Shown here piece by piece: positions 24,839 through 32,000 of a stretch of DNA of 32,000 bases. The position numbers and the translations under genes are program-made. Within the stretch, counting starts at the first letter, position 1, and every line of letters begins with the position of its first letter. Below the pieces are notes generated by a model. That model had not been told where the DNA came from and ran no database searches. It was given only the letters and a program-made list of their open reading frames with translations. Source of the DNA: Candidatus Scalindua sp. (lineage in GTDB: Bacteria; Planctomycetota; Brocadiia; Brocadiales; Scalinduaceae); the NCBI GenBank assembly GCA_031316235.1, contig JALDRA010000001.1, forward strand, positions 360,001 to 392,000. The letters are read 5' to 3'.

Positions 24839-26644
24839 ATGGGCAGCAAAAAACCATTAACAAAAAACACAAAACTTCTCGGATGGGTCAGCGAAATGAC
24901 AAAATTGTGTGCACCAGACCACGTTATCTGGTGCGATGGAAGTAAAGAAGAGTATGATGAATTGGCCCAGATGATGGTTAACAATGGTACGTATGTAAGA
25001 TTAAATGATGCCAAAAGACCTAACAGTTACTGGGTTAAATCTGACCCCGCTGACGTCGCTCGAGTAGAAGATCGAACTTTTGTCTGCACAAAAAACAGAG
25101 AGGATGTAGGTCCTACGAATAATTGGCGCGACACTGATGAAATGAAAGCCGAAATGGGTAAGCTTTATACCAATTGCATGAAGGGGCGTACCATGTACGT
25201 TGTTCCTTTCTCCATGGGACCACTGGGTTCAGAAATTGCACATATCGGTGTTGTGCTAACTGATTCGGTTTATGTGGTAAATAATAAGAGAATCATGACC
25301 CGAATGGGGAAAGCGGTTTTAGATATTTTAGGGGAAGACGGTGTTTTTATTCCCTGCCTCCATTCTGTTGGTAAACCATTAAAAAAAGGAGAGAAGGATG
25401 TACCCTGGCCATGTAACCCGGACAGGAAATATATTACCCATTTTCCTGCTGAAAGGACAATTTGGTCCTATGGATCGGGATATGGGGGAAACGCCCTGGT
25501 AGGAAAAAAATGTTTCGCTTTACGAATTGCCTCTTCAATGGCAAGGGAAGAAGGCTGGCTTGCTGAGCACATGCTGATTCTGGGTATTACTCCCCCTCAA
25601 GGTGAAAAAATTTATATAACCGCGGCTTTTCCAAGCGCGTGCGGCAAAACCAACCTTGCAATGCTGATCCCGACTATCCCCGGCTGGAAAGTAGAATGCG
25701 TTGGTGACGATATTGCCTGGATGAAGTTTGGTGAGGATGGACGTTTATACGCAATTAATCCAGAAGCAGGTTTCTTTGGAGTTGCACCGGGAACATCCAT
25801 GAAAACCAATCCAAACTGCATGCTTACGATTAAGGAAAACTGCATTTTTACAAATGTGGCGTATACTGAGGATGGCGATGTCTGGTGGGAAGAGATGACC
25901 GATGAGCTACCTGCCAGGCTGACCGACTGGAAGGGTAATGCGTGGACACCTGATAAAGGTACCCCAGCCGCACATCCAAATGCACGATTTACCGCACCTG
26001 CGAGCCAATGCCCCGTAATAGATCCTGCATGGCAAGACCCTAAGGGTGTGCCTATATCGGCATTCCTGTTTGGAGGCCGACGCGCAAGCGTCGTCCCATT
26101 GATTCATCAATCTCTCAGCTGGCAGCATGGTACTTTCTTAGGCTCTATTGTCTCTTCTGAAAAAACTGCCGCTGCGGCCGGCAAAGTTGGTGAATTACGC
26201 TATGATCCATTCGCCATGCTGCCTTTCTGTGGCTACCACATGGGAGACTATTTCAATCATTGGCTTACCATTGGAAAGAAGGCTGACAATGACAAGTTAC
26301 CTAAGATATTTTATGTGAATTGGTTTCGTAAAGGCAAAAATGGCAAGTTCCTCTGGCCCGGTTACGGTGAAAACAGCCGTGTTCTGAAATGGGTGGTTGA
26401 GAGAGTCAAAGGAGAAGGAAAGGCTGACAAAACACCAATAGGCTGGGTCCCTGCAAAAGAGGCTTTATATCTTGATGGTCTGAATCTATCACCTGATCAA
26501 TTAGATGAACTGTTAAAAGTAGACACTGAAGAGTGGAAGCAGCAAATCCCCCTTATACAAAAGCACTTCGCACAGTTTGGAAACAGGCTTCCCGCAGAAC
26601 TTCAGGAAGAATTGAATTCCCTTCAAAAGCGCCTGGAGGGTTAA
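24839..26644 (+). CDS. pckG: phosphoenolpyruvate carboxykinase (GTP)
   Basis: 601 aa with the kinase-1a loop [16 protein letters not shown], and the blocks [15 protein letters not shown]-like and NWFRK...FLWPGYGEN. Confidence 0.95.
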   Translation: MGSKKPLTKNTKLLGWVSEMTKLCAPDHVIWCDGSKEEYDELAQMMVNNGTYVRLNDAKRPNSYWVKSDPADVARVEDRTFVCTKNREDVGPTNNWRDTDEMKAEMGKLYTNCMKGRTMYVVPFSMGPLGSEIAHIGVVLTDSVYVVNNKRIMTRMGKAVLDILGEDGVFIPCLHSVGKPLKKGEKDVPWPCNPDRKYITHFPAERTIWSYGSGYGGNALVGKKCFALRIASSMAREEGWLAEHMLILGITPPQGEKIYITAAFPSACGKTNLAMLIPTIPGWKVECVGDDIAWMKFGEDGRLYAINPEAGFFGVAPGTSMKTNPNCMLTIKENCIFTNVAYTEDGDVWWEEMTDELPARLTDWKGNAWTPDKGTPAAHPNARFTAPASQCPVIDPAWQDPKGVPISAFLFGGRRASVVPLIHQSLSWQHGTFLGSIVSSEKTAAAAGKVGELRYDPFAMLPFCGYHMGDYFNHWLTIGKKADNDKLPKIFYVNWFRKGKNGKFLWPGYGENSRVLKWVVERVKGEGKADKTPIGWVPAKEALYLDGLNLSPDQLDELLKVDTEEWKQQIPLIQKHFAQFGNRLPAELQEELNSLQKRLEG

Positions 26645-26796
26645 TATACCCATTGCAGATTACTATGGGATTTTGCGGAACATGGATTCTCCGTCGTAGT
26701 ACTTTCGGTTCCAGCCGCCCCAGGGTACGCTCGGGGCTTACATGACAAACGCACTGGATTATGGATATTGAACCAGGTACCGACACTCAACTGAGA

Positions 26797-26909
26797 TTGA
26801 CTAAATCCGATTTGGTTTTAGATTGTTCTAAAAATCAAGACCTGGCTGCAGCCATATTCGCTCCGTTTTTCCCCGGATTTTATCCGAAAACCACTCTAAG
26901 ATGAATATA
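26797..26909 (-). repeat. R1 intergenic mosaic repeat, copy 7 (beta subfamily, short form, degenerate termini, reverse orientation)
   Basis: The top strand reads TTGACTAAATCCGATTTGGTTTTAGATTGTTCTAAAAATCAAGACCTGG...CGCTCCGTTTTTCCCCGGATTTTATCCGAAAACCACTCTAAGATGAATATA. Confidence 0.75.
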
Positions 26910-27013
26910 CCAGTGATGCCTGCATTTGTTAGCGCCCCGGTGGTTTTCAATCTTCAGGTTTCGCTAACTCTCTCCATAGTATAAAACATACCTTTTTTCT
27001 CAGCTGTACCGCG

Positions 27014-27331
27014 TTATTTTTCTTCAAGCAAATCCTTTACCCACGTCATAGCTGCAACTGCATGGGGTAAGCCAATCGTAGTAATAGAAAGTATACACAC
27101 ATGTATGATTTCCTCTTTTGACAAACCTGTCTTTAACGCATTTCTCGCTGCAGAGTGTACTGCTCCCTCAGAACCGGTACCTATTGCAATCCCCAGCTTT
27201 GCTAATCTTCTTGCCTTTTCATCCAATGGGCCCGCGCTATGGCACTGTTGACCAAGATTATCAAACGCCGTGAAGACATCAGGAAAATTTTTCGCTAAGT
27301 TTTGAAATTCAGTTGGTAATGTATACGACAT
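27014..27331 (-). CDS. carboxymuconolactone decarboxylase (AhpD-like) family protein
   Basis: 105 aa. The size and the helical pattern ..LD.K...L..IA......C..C...H...A...G.S.EEI.. are typical of the CMD family. This is a weak call by eye. Confidence 0.7.
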   Translation of the reverse strand: MSYTLPTEFQNLAKNFPDVFTAFDNLGQQCHSAGPLDEKARRLAKLGIAIGTGSEGAVHSAARNALKTGLSKEEIIHVCILSITTIGLPHAVAAMTWVKDLLEEK

Positions 27332-27456
27332 ACGATACTCCCCTAATTAAGTATTAATAAATACTATTTGTTAAGATTTGCCGGAAGATATTCCAAGGCT
27401 GCCATGAGAAACACTTCTCATGAAAAGCTCGGGATCCACCGATAACAGATAATATT

Positions 27457-27527
27457 GTGAGGTGTACACCCCACCCTATGGTAAGTGTGCGGGGAACGGG
27501 TGGTTTTATTTTACACCTGACCCTCAC
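27457..27527. other. long segmented hairpin downstream of speE
   Basis: GTGAGG..GGTGTA..CCACCC, a 21-nt loop, then GGGTGG..TACACC..CCTCAC, giving 17 paired positions in three segments. A T-rich run follows only on the + strand (TTTTATTTT inside the 3' arm). Function unknown. Confidence 0.3.
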
Positions 27528-27544
27528 TCTGAAGTATAACCCAC

Positions 27545-28483
27545 TTATTCATTACGTCCAGGAAATTTTTCCATAAGCGGGCTGTTATCGAAGTTTATGT
27601 GTGTCTGCATTGAGAGTGCCTTCCTGATATACTTGGGAAGGTTAAAGATTGCCTGATGAGTCGTACCATCATAGAAACGTAACTCCCCCTTAACTCTCTC
27701 AGCAATTCTCTTGTCAATCTCATCACGATTTAACAGGGTAGGATCGAGATTGTCTGTTGCCAGATTAAAACCCCAAAGCATTGCAAAGAATGGAATATGA
27801 GCAGCATAGGGGAACACATTGGCAAAAACCTCTTTCAATGTTCTATTCAGTATTGAATACGTGTGTAAGGCAAGAGGAGAGGTAGTACTGGCCTGGATAG
27901 CAAAAACACCTTGCGGGGTCAGTCTTTTTTTTACCACCTCATAAAATTCCCTGGTGAAGAGCTTATAGGAAGGACCTCCTTCCAGAGGACAGGTAATATC
28001 CATAATTATCACATCAAATTTTTCATCCCCTTCTTCCAGAAACATTCGTCCGTCTTCGAACAAGAGTACCGTTCTCTCATCAGAGTAACTTCCATCATGG
28101 AAGCTAGGCAGGTACTTCTTGGAGCATTCTACAACCTTTTCGTCAATATCCACCATTATTGCCTTATTGATAGATTTATGACGCAGCACTTCTCTTAAGG
28201 CTGCTCCCTCTCCCCCCCCAATAATGGCAACCTTGGTTGGTTCAGGATGCAGTATTAATGCCGGCTGGACAAGCGATTCATGGTAAACATACTCGTCCAA
28301 CTCCGCAGATTGGAATTCATTATCTAGAATCAGACATCGCCCGAAACACTCAGTCTCAGCAACTACGATCTCTTGAAACTCTGATTCTCCATGGTAGAGG
28401 GTTCCTTTGATAGCATGTTTGTGGATTTCAAACTGATTAAAATAGTCGTAAATCCATCGTGAAGGGATATCTTTTTTTGACAT
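27545..28483 (-). CDS. speE: polyamine aminopropyltransferase (spermidine synthase)
   Basis: 312 aa with YHE.L, the IIGGGEGAALREVL SAM-binding loop, DIDE.VV and DVIIMD. Confidence 0.9.
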   Translation of the reverse strand: MSKKDIPSRWIYDYFNQFEIHKHAIKGTLYHGESEFQEIVVAETECFGRCLILDNEFQSAELDEYVYHESLVQPALILHPEPTKVAIIGGGEGAALREVLRHKSINKAIMVDIDEKVVECSKKYLPSFHDGSYSDERTVLLFEDGRMFLEEGDEKFDVIIMDITCPLEGGPSYKLFTREFYEVVKKRLTPQGVFAIQASTTSPLALHTYSILNRTLKEVFANVFPYAAHIPFFAMLWGFNLATDNLDPTLLNRDEIDKRIAERVKGELRFYDGTTHQAIFNLPKYIRKALSMQTHINFDNSPLMEKFPGRNE

Positions 28484-28484
28484 A

Positions 28485-28624
28485 TATATTCATCTTATAA
28501 TGGTTTTCGGATAAAATTAGAGAAAAAACTGAACGGGTAAAGTCCTCGGCGTTTTCTGTCCGGGGATACCAGCAACCAGGATCTGGTATTCAGAAAATAC
28601 CAAATCCTGATCGGTTTTCGTACA
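28485..28624 (+). repeat. R1 intergenic mosaic repeat, copy 8 (gamma hairpin variant, long form, 140 bp)
   Basis: The sequence is TATATTCATCTTATAATGGTTTTCGGATAAAATTAGAG...GTAAAGTCCTCGGCGTTTTCTGTCCGGGGATACCAGCAACCAGGATCTGGTATTCAGAAAATACCAAATCCTGATCGGTTTTCGTACA. It fills the speD-speE gap, starting 1 nt from the speE start codon and ending 4 nt from the speD stop. Confidence 0.85.
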
Positions 28625-28628
28625 CCAC

Positions 28629-29018
28629 CTATGCCGGAACACAAGCTTCAGAAAGTAATGTACCCTTTATCATTGGTGACCCTCTCTTAATCTCCAGGGT
28701 TGTAGATTCTTTGGGAGAAAAACCCTTTATCAGGTAATCAACTGCTAATTGTGGGTCGCATCTCGTTCCGCAGGTAAATACATCAATTGCCACATACCCC
28801 TCTACCGGCCAGGTATGAATTGCAATATGGGACTCAGCGAGAATGGCAACACCCGTTATACCTGATGGAATAAATTCATGGTAAAACTGTTTAAGTACCG
28901 TAGCTCCGGCAATAACGGCCGAATCACCCACAAGTTCAGTTATCTTTTTTGCATCATTAAGTACTGTTCTGTCACAATCCCACATCTCAAGTATTATATG
29001 TCTTCCGTATGCTTCCAT
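28629..29018 (-). CDS. speD: S-adenosylmethionine decarboxylase proenzyme (small pyruvoyl type)
   Basis: 129 aa. GRHIILEMWDCD and the self-cleavage site region LAESHIAIHTWPVEGYVAIDVFTCG match the small bacterial and archaeal SpeD/SpeH enzymes. Confidence 0.9.
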   Translation of the reverse strand: MEAYGRHIILEMWDCDRTVLNDAKKITELVGDSAVIAGATVLKQFYHEFIPSGITGVAILAESHIAIHTWPVEGYVAIDVFTCGTRCDPQLAVDYLIKGFSPKESTTLEIKRGSPMIKGTLLSEACVPA

Positions 29019-29099
29019 CCTCTACCCCCCCTTCATAAAAATATAAAAAAGAAAAGATAAAGAATAATTTATAGTGCTGGTTTCTCTGTAATACGTAAT

Positions 29100-29211
29100 A
29101 ATACTGAAACGAAATCCTTGTTGCTGGTATCCCCGGACAGAAAATGCCGAGGGCTTTCCCCGCTCCGTTTTTTCCCGGAATCTATCCGAAAACCATTACA
29201 GGATCAGTATA
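29100..29211 (-). repeat. R1 intergenic mosaic repeat, copy 9 (beta-like, M module present, right-arm hairpin deleted, reverse orientation)
   Basis: The top strand reads AATACTGAAACGAAATCCTTGTTGCTGGTATCCCCGGACAGAAAATGCCGAGGGCTTTCCCCGCTCCGTTTTTTCCCGGAATCTATCCGAAAACCATTACAGGATCAGTATA. Confidence 0.8.
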
Positions 29212-29378
29212 ATTCAAATAGTATGACAAGAAACCTCTGATTTGCCCAAAAATTACTCTTTTCACTATCCTAATCAAACAAATCTCCAGAGAATAAACAA
29301 AGTTAGCATTCTCATATATTTCCCGTCATTTGTCAAGAAAGAACTGCAGGATACAGGTTATATTTTTCGAAGCGAATC

Positions 29379-30137
29379 TCAGAATCTGTTTAACAATGGC
29401 CTGATCAATCTTCCAACCGGCAGTATCTCGACAAGGCCGAGAGACATCTTCATGAATTTTGAGCGTTCAGGTGAAAGCCTGAGAGCCACCAGCCCTTCAT
29501 CAAATCTCAACTTGTCCAAAGAAACCAGATCCCAGTATTTCATATTGATCATGCCCTTATTAAACAGATCTCTCAACTCAGCTATTTTATTGAGATCGAT
29601 TGTATAAGTACCATCACGATTTGATACTACTGAATCGTAAGACACGAGACAACCTTTTAAACGGTCTCCCTGCCGAATAAATATGTTAAGTATGGATGCC
29701 ATAAACCAGAAGGCAATTTTTGAATAATAATTTCCTGCTTTGTTCACCTTTTTATCACCAAATCGAATAGTGATAGCTTTATTCTTTTTATTGAAAATAA
29801 ACTCTTCTACCGAAATAGGTATCTCCAGTATACCATCAAAAAGGAATTTCTTTATCTCGACAAAGAAAGATGCCCCGGATTCTTTACACGAAATGCGAAT
29901 GGACCGCAGCCCTTTATCATCCAGAGGGATATCTTTCAGATAGTCATTGATAAGTTGTTCCTTTATCTTGATACATCCGTTATCAACATCGAGTGACAGG
30001 TTTTTGCCTATACCGGCAAGTGTTTTTAAAAACTCTGTATAGAGGGGGATTTTCGACCTGATCTCTTCAGAAGCGATCTTTGCCCTTCTTCCCAACTTCT
30101 CCCTGATATCTTTGATCGGTATCTTATTACGTATCAT
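29379..30137 (-). CDS. hypothetical protein (orphan, K/I/N-rich), bracketed by inverted R1 copies
   Basis: A 252-aa uninterrupted ORF with no catalytic or domain motif I recognise. It has one moderately hydrophobic segment (YYSKIAFWFMASILNIFI). Confidence 0.6.
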   Translation of the reverse strand: MIRNKIPIKDIREKLGRRAKIASEEIRSKIPLYTEFLKTLAGIGKNLSLDVDNGCIKIKEQLINDYLKDIPLDDKGLRSIRISCKESGASFFVEIKKFLFDGILEIPISVEEFIFNKKNKAITIRFGDKKVNKAGNYYSKIAFWFMASILNIFIRQGDRLKGCLVSYDSVVSNRDGTYTIDLNKIAELRDLFNKGMINMKYWDLVSLDKLRFDEGLVALRLSPERSKFMKMSLGLVEILPVGRLIRPLLNRF

Positions 30138-30156
30138 TCCAGACTGCCTGTCAATA

Positions 30157-30293
30157 TATACTCATCTTACAATGGTTTTTGGATAGATTCCGGAAAAAAC
30201 GGAGCGGGGAAAGTCCTCGGCGCCTGGTCCGGGGATACCAGCAACCAGGCTTTGGTTTTTAGAAAAATCCAAGGCCAAACCGGTTTTCGTATA
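30157..30293 (+). repeat. R1 intergenic mosaic repeat, copy 10 (beta subfamily, long form, 137 bp)
   Basis: The sequence is TATACTCATCTTACAATGGTTTTTGGATAGATTCCGGAAAAAACGGAGCGGGGAAAGTCCTCGGCGCCTGGTCCGGGGATACCAGCAACCAGGCTTTGGTTTTTAGAAAAATCCAAGGCCAAACCGGTTTTCGTATA. Confidence 0.85.
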
Positions 30294-30333
30294 GTCCCAG
30301 ACTAACGTCCCAACGAAACCAATATCTCAGATG

Positions 30334-31608
30334 CTATCGTTCCTTTATCGCCTTGTAACCAATATCTTTCCGGAAATATACCCCTTCAAATGCTATTTCA
30401 CCAGCAGCGTCATAAGCCTTCTTCTGTGCATCTTGAATATCTTTACCACAGGCAACAATATTGAGAACACGACCGCCGTTGGTCACGATCCTCCCATTCA
30501 TATACTTTGTCCCAGCGTGGAAAACTTGTGTATCAACTCTATCCTTCAGCAGATCCAGCCCAGATATTTCCTTACCATTGGCATAATGTCCCGGATATCC
30601 TCCGGAGGCCATTACCACACACAACGATGAATGGGGATTCCATTCGATATTGACGCCTTCGAGATTACCAGAGATTGTAGCCTGCATAATCGGCACTATA
30701 TCACTTTTCATCCGGCTGAGCACAGCCTGTGCTTCTGGATCACCAAAACGAACATTAAATTCCAATACCTTAGGCCCCAGTTCAGTCATCATCAAACCAA
30801 CATACAAAATTCCCTTATACGGCCTGCCCTCACTATTCATGGCATTAATGGTAGGTATAAGGATCTGCTTCTCCACATGATTACGCAGTTCAGCAGTCAT
30901 AAAGGGAACCGGTGAATATGCCCCCATACCGCCGGTATTCGGCCCTTTATCACCCTCATATACTGTTTTGTGGTCTTGGGATGTTTCCAGGGACAAGAGG
31001 GTTTTCCCATCGGTAAACAAAAGAATTGACACTTCCTCACCGGAAAGGAAATCTTCTATCACGACAGTATCACCTGCATCTCCAAATATCTTATCTTGCA
31101 TTATGGCGTTAAGGGCTTCAAAGGCCTCATCTTCAGTTTTGCAGACAAACACACCCTTCCCCATGCTGAGACCGTCAGCCTTTATTACCATCGGTTTACT
31201 TCTTGATACTATGTGCCTTCTCGCTTCATCATAATCATTAAAATATGTAAAGTCTGCTGAAGGAATGCCGTATTTTTTTAACAGACATTTCGTAAAAACT
31301 TTGCTACTCTCCAGAATGGCGGCGTTTTTATCAGGACCAAATACATCCAGATTATACTTACGAAATTCATCAACTATTCCCGCTACCAACGGAGCTTCCG
31401 GACCAACTACCGTCAGGTCAATTTTCTCTTTTACCGCAAATTCAGTAAGCAGGGGTATCTGTTCAGGCAATATATCTACACATTCAGCAATCTCACCAAT
31501 ACCAGGATTCCCTGGTGCACAAAAGATCTTTCCTACCCGCGGCGATTGAGCTAATTTCCATACGAGACAATGCTCTCTTCCACCACTTCCGATTACCAAT
31601 ACTTTCAT
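30334..31608 (-). CDS. purD: phosphoribosylamine--glycine ligase
   Basis: MKVLVIGSGGREH is the typical N-terminus. ATP-grasp blocks are present (VIKADGL..GKGV, EEFL.GEE.S, GPNTGGMGAYSP). I prefer the ATG at 31608, preceded by AGGA, over the upstream GTG at 31638. Confidence 0.95.
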   Translation of the reverse strand: MKVLVIGSGGREHCLVWKLAQSPRVGKIFCAPGNPGIGEIAECVDILPEQIPLLTEFAVKEKIDLTVVGPEAPLVAGIVDEFRKYNLDVFGPDKNAAILESSKVFTKCLLKKYGIPSADFTYFNDYDEARRHIVSRSKPMVIKADGLSMGKGVFVCKTEDEAFEALNAIMQDKIFGDAGDTVVIEDFLSGEEVSILLFTDGKTLLSLETSQDHKTVYEGDKGPNTGGMGAYSPVPFMTAELRNHVEKQILIPTINAMNSEGRPYKGILYVGLMMTELGPKVLEFNVRFGDPEAQAVLSRMKSDIVPIMQATISGNLEGVNIEWNPHSSLCVVMASGGYPGHYANGKEISGLDLLKDRVDTQVFHAGTKYMNGRIVTNGGRVLNIVACGKDIQDAQKKAYDAAGEIAFEGVYFRKDIGYKAIKER

Positions 31609-31890
31609 TCCTGTATGCTGTCCTTTCGTCCCCACCAAAACGAGGGAGAATAAAGCGCCACAAGGTAAGCCAATCCTGCCTGTGTGTTATCATGAGGACG
31701 GACGTAAATCTTTCAACATTGCTGCAATGAGCAGTCAAGTTTGTTCCCAGATTTATCAGGCTTCCTGATTATTTTGATTTTCTAAACGTTAACGGAGAAT
31801 TTTATAACCAGATTCTAAAGATTACTCTTCAAAAAAGGCTATTTTAGAGACGATCAGCAGTTTCAGCAAGAGAAATGTATAATTTTCTCA

Positions 31891-31919
31891 TTGACAGAAT
31901 ACTTTTTAAATTATACTAT
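31891..31919 (+). promoter_or_regulatory. candidate sigma70-type promoter facing the right window edge
   Basis: TTGACA (31891-31896), then either a 17-nt spacer and TACTAT (31914-31919) or a 15-nt spacer and TATACT (31912-31917). No ORF follows within the window. Confidence 0.3.
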
Positions 31920-32000
31920 GGATACTAATGATCGATAAGGCTACATGATTCCATGAGGGAACAAACGTCTAAAATCATCGGCCACACTATATAGGGTACG

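Noticed and set aside
27403-27422. The perfect 8-bp hairpin CATGAGAA-acac-TTCTCATG could have been a terminator.
   Set aside because: It is followed by A residues on the + strand and preceded, not followed, by T residues on the - strand. It therefore does not fit an intrinsic terminator for either neighbouring minus-strand gene.
29100-30293. The 252-aa orphan could have been the transposase for R1.
   Set aside because: I can see no DDE, HUH/Y1, serine or tyrosine recombinase motif in the sequence. This is kept only as a low-probability hypothesis to test by structure prediction.
31609-31638. A GTG start giving purD ten extra residues (MVGTKGQHTG).
   Set aside because: The canonical PurD N-terminus MKVLVIGSGGREH starts at 31608 and is preceded by AGGA at SD distance.

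Overview
This is a bacterial chromosomal window, low to moderate GC by eye, and I cannot assign a taxon from the sequence alone. Most of it is ordinary housekeeping coding sequence: argC (partial), gltX, thpR, a GcvH-like gene, a yjbQ-family gene, a CPBP protease, tyrS, a SurA-like PPIase, mfd, a DUF362 ferredoxin protein, an alkaline-phosphatase-family protein, HU/IHF, tRNA-Pro, wecB, exosortase/EpsI/PilZ, GTP-PEPCK, a CMD-family protein, speE, speD and purD. The most unusual content is non-coding. A structured, modular 105-140 bp repeat that I call R1 occurs ten times, always between genes. It fills 10 of roughly 18 intergenic gaps. Some copies abut or even supply stop or start codon context, and its hairpin arm keeps base pairing through compensatory substitutions. 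A second repeat family, R2 (about 125-145 bp, with terminal inverted repeats), occurs three times, twice just downstream of an R1 copy. No transposase is present in the window. I cannot match either family to a named repeat or RNA family from memory. They are the best candidates for something undescribed, either MITE/REP-like mobile elements or a multicopy structured RNA. The second notable region is a decayed accessory segment at about 15.3-20.7 kb, next to tRNA-Pro. It holds an integrase 3' remnant fused to a truncated collagen-like gene, a 926-aa secreted beta-helix protein with an internally duplicated C-terminal domain, palindromic REP-like hairpins, and a GC-richer katG pseudogene reduced to four collinear blocks. 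Smaller observations are a GcvH paralog lacking the lipoyl-lysine, an exosortase-EpsI-PilZ cluster behind a long leader of unclear content, and a promoter-plus-small-ORF candidate. All homology calls come from motif recognition by eye, and no searches were run.
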